From: Telmatocola sphagniphila
GTDB taxonomy: Bacteria; Planctomycetota; Planctomycetia; Gemmatales; Gemmataceae
Length of the DNA: 32,000 nucleotides
Assembly (NCBI RefSeq): GCF_018398935.1
Contig: NZ_CP074694.1
Coordinates: 6,120,001-6,152,000 of the forward strand
Reading direction: 5' to 3'
In this document: positions 1-8,026 of the stretch, piece after piece
How positions within the stretch are numbered: position 1 is the stretch's first letter
Layout: each line of letters opens with the position of its first letter
Position numbers and translations under genes: made by a program
Notes under the pieces: model-generated
The model's input: only the letters and a program-made list of their open reading frames with translations
Told to the model about the DNA's origin: nothing
Databases searched by the model: none

Positions 1-1597
1 AATACTGAGTCGTCCGATGGCCTTTTGCCTGAGCATCCTCGAAGGTGTAGACCATCGAGACCCCTTCAATCGGTTTTTGTTCGATGCCATTCACAAATTT
101 CGGCTCCGGTATTTTGCAGGCTTCCAGAATAGTGGGCACGACATCGATGACATGATGGAACTGCGTGCGGGTTTCTCCCTTGGCTTTAATACCTTTTTGC
201 CAGCTCACCACCATCGGATTTCGCGTTCCACCAAAGTGGGAAGCTACCTGTTTAGTCCACTTGAACGGAGCATTCATTGCCCAGGCCCAACCGACCGGAA
301 CGTGAGGCTCACTTAAAGGGCCGCCAATCTCATCGAGTTTCTTAATCAGACTCGGCAATCCCAATTGAATTCCCATTAAGCTGGCGATTTCGCTGAAGGT
401 TCCTTCGAGACCACCTTCGGCACTCGCGCCGTTGTCGCCGACGATGTACATGACCAGAGTATTTTCCAGTTCGCCGGATGCTTCCAGGCTATCCAACAGA
501 CGACCGACCTGAAAATCGGTGAAGGCCATGTAGGCGGCATAGTTTTCCATGAGCCTCGTGTAAACCTTCTTGGCATCCGCGGGTTGTTCTTCCCAGGATG
601 GTATGCTCTTGTGTCGAGGCGTGAGCAAAGTTCCCTTCGGGATAATGCCCATTTCCAACTGCTTGGCATGGATCAATTCGCGCTGTTTGTCCCAACCGTA
701 ATCGAACTTGCCGACGAATTTATCCCGCCATTCTTTCGGTGCATGGTGAGGAGCATGAACGCCGGAAGTGCTGAAGTAGTTGAACCAGGGTTTGTCGGGA
801 TCGGCGGCTCGAACATTGCGAATCCAGCCGATCGCTTCATCGGTCATATCAATGCTGAAGTGGTAACCCTGTTCCGGAGACTTCGGCTGGGGAACCCAGG
901 TCGTGTTGCGATAAATCGTGGGATAATACTGGTGAGTTTCCCCTTGATTGAAGCCGTAGAAATAATCGAAACCCAAACCGGTGGGCCAGCGGTCGAATGG
1001 TCCCGCAGGGCTGATATCTGGCTCGGGTGTGTTATGCCATTTGCCGAACATACCCGTGGCATAGCCATTGTCTCGAAGTACCTGCGAAACCAGAGCGGTG
1101 CTCTTGGGCAGAATCCCCGTATAGCCGGGATATCCCGTTCCCATTTCAATGATCACGCCCGTGCCGCAGCTATGGTGATTTCGGCCGGCCAGCAAGGCGG
1201 CTCGAGTCGGACTGCAGAGTGCCGTGGTATGGAAGCGAGTGTATTTCAAGCCATTGTTCGCGAGTTTTTCCATAGCGGGAGTAGGGACGGGGCCACCGAA
1301 AGTGGAGCACATACCGAAACCGACGTCATCGAGCAGGATCAGCAAAACGTTGGGTGCACCCTTGGGGGCTTTCAGTGGTAGTGGAAAACTCGGCGTGGAA
1401 TCTTTGTAAGTCTCACCAATCTTCCCCTGAAAGGCCGGGTCTGGTTTCGGCAATTGCTTTCCATCGGATTGCTCCGAAGTGAAGGAGTTATTTTCATTGG
1501 CGAAGAGTTCACTCCATCGCCCCGTTGCGATGAACCATCCGAAAAAAAACGCCAGTGCCGATATGGCCACCATTGGAAGAAGTAATCTTCGATGCAT
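1..1597 (-). CDS. Arylsulfatase (Cys-type, formylglycine-dependent sulfatase family). This is the N-terminal ~532 aa; the 3' end runs off the left edge of the window.
   Basis: This ORF is missing from the supplied track because no stop codon lies in the window. My own translation of the minus strand from the ATG at 1597-1595 stays open down to position 2. It reads MHRRLLLPMVAISALAFFFGW (signal/TM), NVLLILLDDVGFG, RFHTTALCSPTRAALLAGRNHH (C-x-P-x-R sulfatase signature), GMFGKWH, MYIVGDNGAS and ends at TQY. The track ORF 584..1381 (+) is its antisense shadow. Confidence 0.9.
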   Translation of the reverse strand, partial: MHRRLLLPMVAISALAFFFGWFIATGRWSELFANENNSFTSEQSDGKQLPKPDPAFQGKIGETYKDSTPSFPLPLKAPKGAPNVLLILLDDVGFGMCSTFGGPVPTPAMEKLANNGLKYTRFHTTALCSPTRAALLAGRNHHSCGTGVIIEMGTGYPGYTGILPKSTALVSQVLRDNGYATGMFGKWHNTPEPDISPAGPFDRWPTGLGFDYFYGFNQGETHQYYPTIYRNTTWVPQPKSPEQGYHFSIDMTDEAIGWIRNVRAADPDKPWFNYFSTSGVHAPHHAPKEWRDKFVGKFDYGWDKQRELIHAKQLEMGIIPKGTLLTPRHKSIPSWEEQPADAKKVYTRLMENYAAYMAFTDFQVGRLLDSLEASGELENTLVMYIVGDNGASAEGGLEGTFSEIASLMGIQLGLPSLIKKLDEIGGPLSEPHVPVGWAWAMNAPFKWTKQVASHFGGTRNPMVVSWQKGIKAKGETRTQFHHVIDVVPTILEACKIPEPKFVNGIEQKPIEGVSMVYTFEDAQAKGHRTTQY

Positions 1598-1830
1598 GGT
1601 ACGGTCCTCAATGTTTCGTTAACTGCGAATCACGACTTTACGGGGACAATGCGAGGACAACGTAACATAACAAATAAGTAAAAACACTCACTTTCGAGCA
1701 AGATTGCGAAATCCGTGAAATTGAGGATCTGGCATGGAATTATTGCGAATTTTGTATGAAGTGGCGAAGAAAGTCTGGCGAGATATTGAGAAATGCACGT
1801 TCAAGAAAGGACAGTTTACCGAAGCGAATT

Positions 1831-1872
1831 AACGAAAAGATCCAGCCCCCATCGATCGAAGGAAGCTGGATC
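1831..1872 (-). terminator. Rho-independent terminator downstream of the 1184-aa gene
   Basis: An 8-bp stem pairs GATCCAGC (1839-1846) with GCTGGATC (1865-1872). On the minus strand it is followed by TTTTCGTT (complement of 1831-1838). The hairpin begins 20 nt after the stop codon at 1893. An outer 8-bp pairing, AGCGAATT (1823-1830) with AATTCGCT (1880-1887), encloses it. Confidence 0.6.
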
Positions 1873-1892
1873 CAGATAAAATTCGCTGGGTA

Positions 1893-4800
1893 TTATTCCT
1901 GGTCGTCCCAAATCGGATCGTCGTAACCCTTCTGGGTTCCCTGCATCAATTTTCGCATCTTGCGCTCCTCGGCCAACTCGTCGACTCCATTACCGCTCCG
2001 ACCCGTGTTGGGATCGTTCTCGATGGTGAGGACCTGGGAGTATTCAGTTCCATCGACGGTCAACACTACGCGGTAGCTACCCGCCGGAGTCTGTTCAAGC
2101 AGACGATTTCCGAAGTTCGAACCGGCCATCTGTTCGGCCGTCATGCCGCGCGGTATAGCCCCCATCTGTCGCAGATCCCACGAGACTCGATTGAAGCCGA
2201 CGTCCTTGGTGGGAGTCAGAGTACGAATGTTCTTACCGTTGATGTCGATCAGGGAGAGTGTGATCTTCTCCGGCTTCTTGGCCAGGTGATATTCGATGTT
2301 GGCGGAGCGGCTGGAATTGGTACCCACGAACCGGCGAGTACCCGTGCTGAACATCCCTTCCTTGGTCAGGTCGAGCTGCCAGCGAATAACGTTGCTCGGT
2401 TTGTACAGCGAGGTCTTGGTACTGAGGCTTTCCGCGGAAACCTGTCGGAGGGCCGCGACGTCGGTAATCCAGATACTGCGGCCATGGGTAGCCACCACCA
2501 GATCGTTGGTACCCGCCGGTTGAGCAAATTCATGCACGGCCACCGTCGGCAAGCTCTTGCCGTTGATCTTCGTCCAGGATTTGCCGCGATTGATGCTGAC
2601 CCAGGCCCCGAATTCGGTACCCAGATACAACACGTTTGGATTGGTCACATCTTCGCGGAGGACGCGGCTTGAGCCCATTGGCAGGTTAGCCCGCAGGCTG
2701 GTCCAGGTCGTACCGAAGTCTTCGGTGACGAAGATATAAGGATCGTCGTCATTCGAACGATGGGCATCGAAGCATACATAAGCTCGGCCATCTTTAGCCT
2801 TGCTCGCTTCAATGCTGGCGACCCAACGCGGGCCGGGCAGACCGGCGGCTTTGAACTTGTCGCTGACATTCGTCCAGGTCTTTCCACCGTCTTTGGTCAA
2901 TTGCACGGCCCCATCGTCAGTGCCGACCCAGAGGATATCCGGGTTCACCGGCGATTCGCAAAGAGCGGTACCGCTGCCCCGTTTGGTCAGGGTGATTTCC
3001 GGGGAGAAAATCTTCTGGTCGTCGCCGCGCTTGATCGACTTGAACACGTAGTTGCCCGCCGAGTAGAAAATCGACGGATTGTGAACGGAGATAATGAAGG
3101 GCGTGTTCCAGTTGAAGCGATAGTTGCCCGCATTGGCCACGGCTCGGGGACGGATGAAATTGCCGCCTCCGGTCTTCAAGTTTTTGCGAGTCATCATACC
3201 GTCCTGGCTTTCGGCATAGACGATATCGGGATCGACCGGGTCCACTCGCATCACGAAGCCGTCACCACCGTTGAGGTAGAGGAAGTCTTCGTTGGACGGT
3301 CCGCTCAGGCGGTTAGTCTCGGAAGGACCGCCCCAACTGCCGTTATCCTGCAATCCTCCGTAGACCCGGTAGGGTTTGCGGTTATCGGTGGTGACGTGAT
3401 AGAACTGGCCCATGGCCATGGTGTTCAGGTGTTCCCAGTTGGCCCCTTGATCGTAGCTGACGTAGATGCCACCGTCGGTCCCAAGCATCATATGTTTGCC
3501 GTTCCGGGGATTAATCCAGATCGCATGAATGTCGGAGTGTACGCCCTTGTTCACATTTTCATTGGTGAATTTCACGCCGCCATCGTGTGAGATATAAAGG
3601 GTCACACCGGCAGAGAGTAAAACTTTCTCATCCGAGGGGTCCTGCCTTATGACGCTGAAGTAGAAGGGGCGTTCGTTAAGGCTGTTAATGCGCTTCCAGG
3701 TTTCGCCGTTGTCTTCGGATTTGTAGATGCCACCGGTGTCGTTTCCTTCGGGGCCCTGGAAATCCTGAACGTTGGGACGCTGGCCTCCAAGACCGGCGGC
3801 ACCGGCGTTGGGTCGGCCCGGTCGGGCATTATTGTTGTCTTCGAGAACGAGTTCGACTTCCGCGGCCTTATCGCCTCGTTTGTAGTTCAGTTTGATTTTG
3901 TCGCCGGCTTTTTTACCGACCAGTGTTACGAACAAACTCTTGGTGTCGGTCAGCTTGCTACCGTCGATGGTGAGCATCACATCTTCCGGTTTGATGCCGG
4001 CTTTGGCCGCGGAACTGCCCGCGCGAACTTCGACGACTTTCAGACCGCCACCTTCCATCGGCTCGCTATTGGTTACGCCGAAGGTAACCGGTCGTCGGCC
4101 TCCGCCACCTCCGCCCCGTTGTTGAGCGCCTTCAATCGGCCGGCCCTCCAAAACGAGTTCGATGGTTTTCTTTTCGGTACCGCGAGTAACTTCCAATTTA
4201 ATCTTTTCGCCAATTTTTTGCTGGGGAATCAAAGCTCGCATGTCTTCGTATTTTTTGATTTCCTTATCGCCGAATTTCGTGATGATGTCGCCGACTTTCA
4301 ATCCGGATTTTTCCGCAGGTCCTTTTTCGGTAATACCGGTCAGTTTCGCGCCGCCCTTGTATTCTTCGTCCCCTTGAACGCCCATGTAAATTTGTGTGGG
4401 AGGATTACCGCCCCCTGCTTTTTCGGTGTCGATGGTAGCGAAGATTGTGTTGGGGTTCTTGCGGGAGTATTCTAGCCCGATGCGGCCCATGTTCGCTTTG
4501 GGAAGTCCCTTGGTCAGTTTGGTGAACGTCTTGCCTCCGTCGGTGGTGCGGAAAATCCCGGTGCCCGGCGCCCAGAGTTTGTTGGGCGCGTACTCATCGG
4601 CTCCTTCCGGACCTTTGGCCTCGCCTCGGAAGCTATCGAACTCATCGCGGGATCGTTCCCAGGTCGCGACAATCAGGCTTTCGGGATCGTTGGGCTTAAT
4701 GACGATTTCCAGGGCACCAGTTTTGTCGTCGATATAGTGGATGCGATTCCAGGTTTTGCCGCCATCGGTGGTTTTGTAAACTCCGCGTTCTTCGCTGGGG

Positions 4801-5447
4801 CCATAGAGACGGCCCAACGCGGCCACGTAAACGATGTCGGGATTCTTGGGATGGATTACTACGCTACCAATCTGGTAGCTCTTCTTCAGACCCATGTTGG
4901 TCCAGGTTTTGCCGCCGTCGGTCGATTTGTAAATACCATCGCCATAGCTCACGGAGTTTCGGGGATTGGCTTCACCCGTGCCAACCCAGACGATGTTTTT
5001 ATCGGAAGGGGCCACGGCCACCGCGCCGATGGAAACGGTGGCTTCATGATCGAACTGGTGTTCGAAGTTCGATCCGTTGTTCACCGTCTTGATCAGACCG
5101 CCCGATGCGGTGGCAGCCCAATAGGTACTGGGATCCTGTTCGAAAACGGCGATGGCGGTGATTCGGCCGCCCATGTTAGCGGGGCCAACGCAGCGCCATT
5201 GCATGGCCGCGCCGTAGGAGGCGATCGGGTCGGCTGCCGGGGGAGCCGAACGCAGCTTCACCAGTTCCGCGCGAAGCCGTTCGATTTCTTTCTCGATCTC
5301 CTGGATCTTTTTATCCTGGGCCAATTTATTGGGATCGTCCCCATACACATTGGGGGAAGCCAATTCCGCGATTCCCAGAGCCAGGAAGGCCAGGAAAAAG
5401 AGCCGACCTATTAAGAAGGGTGTGCGAGTGATTCTACTCCGAGTCAT
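1893..5447 (-). CDS. Secreted sortilin/VPS10-like (GH74-like) BNR/Asp-box double beta-propeller protein with two inserted PDZ domains
   Basis: This is an 1184-aa ORF starting at an ATG. The N-terminus has a hydrophobic anchor (FLIGRLFFLAFLALGIA) followed by a short coiled coil (KKIQEIEKEIERLRAELVKLR). Asp-box motifs (S/T-x-D-x-G-x-T/W) recur: KSTDGGKTW, KTTDGGKTW, RTTDGGKTF, KSEDNGETW, SHDGGVKF, SYDQGANW, TKDGGKTW, TEDFGTTW. The family-typical YGGLQDNGSWGGP is also present. Two PDZ-like segments lie at aa ~353-536. Confidence 0.8.
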   Translation of the reverse strand: MTRSRITRTPFLIGRLFFLAFLALGIAELASPNVYGDDPNKLAQDKKIQEIEKEIERLRAELVKLRSAPPAADPIASYGAAMQWRCVGPANMGGRITAIAVFEQDPSTYWAATASGGLIKTVNNGSNFEHQFDHEATVSIGAVAVAPSDKNIVWVGTGEANPRNSVSYGDGIYKSTDGGKTWTNMGLKKSYQIGSVVIHPKNPDIVYVAALGRLYGPSEERGVYKTTDGGKTWNRIHYIDDKTGALEIVIKPNDPESLIVATWERSRDEFDSFRGEAKGPEGADEYAPNKLWAPGTGIFRTTDGGKTFTKLTKGLPKANMGRIGLEYSRKNPNTIFATIDTEKAGGGNPPTQIYMGVQGDEEYKGGAKLTGITEKGPAEKSGLKVGDIITKFGDKEIKKYEDMRALIPQQKIGEKIKLEVTRGTEKKTIELVLEGRPIEGAQQRGGGGGGRRPVTFGVTNSEPMEGGGLKVVEVRAGSSAAKAGIKPEDVMLTIDGSKLTDTKSLFVTLVGKKAGDKIKLNYKRGDKAAEVELVLEDNNNARPGRPNAGAAGLGGQRPNVQDFQGPEGNDTGGIYKSEDNGETWKRINSLNERPFYFSVIRQDPSDEKVLLSAGVTLYISHDGGVKFTNENVNKGVHSDIHAIWINPRNGKHMMLGTDGGIYVSYDQGANWEHLNTMAMGQFYHVTTDNRKPYRVYGGLQDNGSWGGPSETNRLSGPSNEDFLYLNGGDGFVMRVDPVDPDIVYAESQDGMMTRKNLKTGGGNFIRPRAVANAGNYRFNWNTPFIISVHNPSIFYSAGNYVFKSIKRGDDQKIFSPEITLTKRGSGTALCESPVNPDILWVGTDDGAVQLTKDGGKTWTNVSDKFKAAGLPGPRWVASIEASKAKDGRAYVCFDAHRSNDDDPYIFVTEDFGTTWTSLRANLPMGSSRVLREDVTNPNVLYLGTEFGAWVSINRGKSWTKINGKSLPTVAVHEFAQPAGTNDLVVATHGRSIWITDVAALRQVSAESLSTKTSLYKPSNVIRWQLDLTKEGMFSTGTRRFVGTNSSRSANIEYHLAKKPEKITLSLIDINGKNIRTLTPTKDVGFNRVSWDLRQMGAIPRGMTAEQMAGSNFGNRLLEQTPAGSYRVVLTVDGTEYSQVLTIENDPNTGRSGNGVDELAEERKMRKLMQGTQKGYDDPIWDDQE

Positions 5448-5601
5448 ATTCTCAATCTGGGTTGAAGGATAAAAGGATTGGTCTGGGGTATACGATGCTA
5501 TAACATTTTACGCAATCGGCACATGCTACCAACTGACATTCGTCGATGACAGAGCTAACAGGGCACTTCTCGACTAGTCAGACCGGGCAGTCTCAGTTTG
5601 G

Positions 5602-5630
5602 TAGCGATTGAATTGAATATAGCGATTGAA
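5602..5630. repeat. Direct repeat TAGCGATTGAA x2 in the divergent intergenic region
   Basis: TAGCGATTGAA occurs at 5602-5612 and again at 5620-5630, 18 nt start to start. An extra TTGAA lies between the copies. The flanking sequences TCTCAG (5591-5596) and CTGAGA (5635-5640) are reverse complements of each other. Confidence 0.4.
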
Positions 5631-5749
5631 CGGTCTGAGATCCGTTGCAAAATTGATGAGAATCGCCTCATGAATTTTATCTAGACGCGACCGGGAATTT
5701 CCGGCTAACATATTACTTGTTAATCCAACCTCCCGCCTGAGATCAAATC

Positions 5750-7429
5750 ATGTTGCGACACACCAGCTTGTTGGGTCTCAGCTTAGTACTTTCCGCTTGG
5801 TCGGTTCGCGCAGACGATCCTTATCCGCCCGCTTCGAACAAGCCAGCTAACGAAGCTGCAGCGTATCAGCCGCCTTATTATCCCTTCGCACCCGCCGCTG
5901 CGAGCATCCAGTTCGATAAACGAATGGTACTCACCGGATTATTGCCGGCTGTGTATGTGGAGAACCTTTGCAAGGTCAAATATCGCGTCACTACCAAATC
6001 CGCCGATTGCCAGAAATATATCGATCAAAGCCTGGGCTACCTTTATTCCTATGTCTGGATGGAAGCGGCTCGCTCGTTTGAAACCGCATTGAGTTACGAT
6101 CCGGAGTGTGCCTTCGGCTATCTGGGACTGGCGCGGGCCTTCGATAAATGGGGCAAAAATTCCGAGGCGAATAAAGCTCTGGAGAAAGCCAAACAGTTAT
6201 TGCCTAAGGCCGGGCATCGCGAGCAACTACTAATCACATCCAAGTTGCAAGAAAAAGGGATGTTGCCCGGCGTCGGCCCGGATGAACGAAAGAAAAAGGC
6301 CGCCGCCACCTTGGATGAACTGCTGACGCTTTACAGCGATGATGAGGAAGGCTGGTTTGCGCGGGCACAAATCAATGGTGGAACTGAGGGAGCGGTTTAT
6401 TACAAGACTCTGCTTTTGCACAATCCCGTGCATCCCGGGGCCGCCCATGAACTGGTTCACTTTTTTGAAAATTTCAAGAGGCCCGCACTCGGCTGGCCAT
6501 ACGCCGTCGCCTATATGGAATCAACTCCGAAAATCGCCCACGCCTACCACATGCAAGCCCATCTGGCGATGCGGATTGGAAAGTGGGACCGGACCTGCGA
6601 CTGGTCGGTTCGAGCTCTGGAACTCGAGCGAGAATATCATCGCATTCAGAATGTGAATCCTCGGGATGATTTCCAATTTTCGCATCATCTCGAAACCTGC
6701 ATGACGAGCCTATTGCACGAGGGGCGGTACGCGGAAGCGCATAGCATCCGCACCGAGGCCGAGAAGTATGGTTGGTCCTATCTGCAGAATTTTCTGGCTC
6801 TGGCGATTGCCGAGCGAGATTGGGAGGAAGCGTTGAAATTGATTCAGAAGAACCGCAAGGGGGATAAATCGCAATTGGCTTACCAGATGGCCATGTTGTA
6901 TTTGGAGCAGGGCCAGTTGGATAAAGCGAAAGCCGAACTGGAAGTGCTGCAGAATCTTCAGAAGCAACGGAAATCGGATAAGTCCGCCGAGGTGCGCTTC
7001 AACACGGCGGAAGGCTGGCTGCTCTGCCAGACTGGTTCGGGCGAGGCCGGATTGAAGCTGTTGCAGCGGGCCGTGGATAAGACCAAAGATGATTACAACC
7101 ACCATGCCTGGGGCCGGGGCTCATCCCTGATGGAAATCTGGGGCGTCGCCGCTCTGCAGGCTGGGGACATCCCGGCGGCGGAAGAGGCCTTTCAGGAAGC
7201 GCTGGCTCACGATGCCGGCAGTGCCAGGGCGGCCTTGGGACTTTATGCGATGTGCAATCGACTCGACCGCAAGGAAGAGGCCGAGCGCTATTTGAAAGTC
7301 GCCCAACGCTGCTGGCAGCGGGCCGATTCGGTGGTCTTCGAAAAAACTAAAGACAGTATGCTGTCCCTGTCCGCCAAGTTGCCGAAACGATCGGTAACCG
7401 TATCGGCGGATACTTCGGTGAATCGATAA
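5750..7429 (+). CDS. Secreted TPR-repeat protein of the TTC38-like family, with a conserved His cluster
   Basis: This is a 559-aa ORF starting at an ATG. It has a signal peptide (LLGLSLVLSAWSVRADD). The N-terminal pattern SADCQKYIDQSLGYLYSYVWMEAARSFETALSYDPECAFGYLGLARA and the His cluster NPVHPGAAHELVHFFE...AHAYHMQAHLAMRIGKW match my memory of bacterial TTC38-like TPR proteins of unknown function. The C-terminal half has TPR-like helical repeats. Confidence 0.75.
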   Translation: MLRHTSLLGLSLVLSAWSVRADDPYPPASNKPANEAAAYQPPYYPFAPAAASIQFDKRMVLTGLLPAVYVENLCKVKYRVTTKSADCQKYIDQSLGYLYSYVWMEAARSFETALSYDPECAFGYLGLARAFDKWGKNSEANKALEKAKQLLPKAGHREQLLITSKLQEKGMLPGVGPDERKKKAAATLDELLTLYSDDEEGWFARAQINGGTEGAVYYKTLLLHNPVHPGAAHELVHFFENFKRPALGWPYAVAYMESTPKIAHAYHMQAHLAMRIGKWDRTCDWSVRALELEREYHRIQNVNPRDDFQFSHHLETCMTSLLHEGRYAEAHSIRTEAEKYGWSYLQNFLALAIAERDWEEALKLIQKNRKGDKSQLAYQMAMLYLEQGQLDKAKAELEVLQNLQKQRKSDKSAEVRFNTAEGWLLCQTGSGEAGLKLLQRAVDKTKDDYNHHAWGRGSSLMEIWGVAALQAGDIPAAEEAFQEALAHDAGSARAALGLYAMCNRLDRKEEAERYLKVAQRCWQRADSVVFEKTKDSMLSLSAKLPKRSVTVSADTSVNR

Positions 7430-7452
7430 CAATCTCTCGTGGATCGTTTCTC

Positions 7453-7986
7453 ATGATGAAATATTGCTTCCTTCTGGCTCTGTTGCCGATGGCAATGGCG
7501 GCCGACTTAATCTCTGGACCGCAGTTGGGCCAGCGTCCCGGACCTTATAGTTTTTTGGTGGCGACCGGACCCAACGCCGGCCAACCCACCTGCTTTATTT
7601 GCGAGACCGATGCTAAACCGGCAGCGATTGTGTTCAGCCGGAAGCTCACACCGAATCTGGTGAAGTTATTAACTGAATTCGATAACTGGGTATCCGGGCA
7701 ACCCAATGAAGAAGTTTATAGCTGGATGACCGTTCTGGGCGAGAAGACGATTTCTCAGGAGGCTCTTTCGAAATGGAGCAAGGAAGCGGGGTTACGCAAA
7801 GTGCCGGTGGGTGTTTTCGACGATCCCGATGGCCCTCCCGCATATAAGTTGAGCAAGGACGCGGAAGTTACTGTGCTGTTGTTCGTTAAGCGAAAAGTGG
7901 TTGCGAACTATGCGTTGAAGGCGGATGAACTGAACGAAAAAGTGATCGCCTCTATCAAACAGGATTTGTCGAAGCTGAAAAAATGA
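7453..7986 (+). CDS. Small secreted protein with a CxxC motif, possibly with a thioredoxin/redoxin-like fold; function unknown
   Basis: This is a 177-aa ORF that starts 23 nt after the TPR gene and is probably co-transcribed with it. It has a signal peptide (CFLLALLPMAMAADL). The motif GQPTCFICETDAKPAAIVFSRKL resembles a redoxin active-site strand-helix, and a later beta-strand-like segment reads EVTVLLFVKRKVV. The fold assignment comes from pattern recognition only. Confidence 0.55.
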   Translation: MMKYCFLLALLPMAMAADLISGPQLGQRPGPYSFLVATGPNAGQPTCFICETDAKPAAIVFSRKLTPNLVKLLTEFDNWVSGQPNEEVYSWMTVLGEKTISQEALSKWSKEAGLRKVPVGVFDDPDGPPAYKLSKDAEVTVLLFVKRKVVANYALKADELNEKVIASIKQDLSKLKK

Positions 7987-8012
7987 TAGGCGGAAGTCCC
8001 TTTCCGCCTATC
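7985..8012 (-). terminator. Terminator hairpin shared by the convergent genes 7453..7986 (+) and 8027..9139 (-)
   Basis: A perfect 10-bp stem pairs GATAGGCGGA (7985-7994) with TCCGCCTATC (8003-8012) around an 8-nt loop. On the minus strand the stem is followed directly by ATTTTTT. On the plus strand the trailing U-tract is weaker. Confidence 0.7.
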
Positions 8013-8026
8013 GTCCGACGCTCCGT

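Noticed and set aside
584-1381. A 265-aa plus-strand ORF, plus smaller ORFs, in the first 1.6 kb.
   Set aside because: The minus-strand frame that is absent from the track reads as a textbook sulfatase with the CSPTR signature. The listed ORFs are shadows in other frames.
1624-1887. A cluster of (T)GCGAA(T) motifs at 1624, 1705, 1744 and 1824, plus an inverted copy at 1880, upstream of the sulfatase gene.
   Set aside because: Two copies are simply the arms of the outer terminator helix. The remaining three hexamer matches are only borderline improbable once all possible hexamers are considered.
2286-5414. Plus-strand ORFs 2760..3590 (276 aa), 4737..5414 (225 aa) and others inside the sortilin-like gene.
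   Set aside because: They lie antisense to a gene with nine Asp-box-like motifs and have low-complexity, motif-free translations.
6446-6460. HELVH (an HExxH motif) in the TPR protein, read as a zinc-metalloprotease active site.
   Set aside because: The motif sits within an all-helical TPR/TTC38-like context with no recognisable third ligand or Met-turn. A five-residue pattern alone is not enough to call a protease. I kept it only as part of the His-cluster observation.
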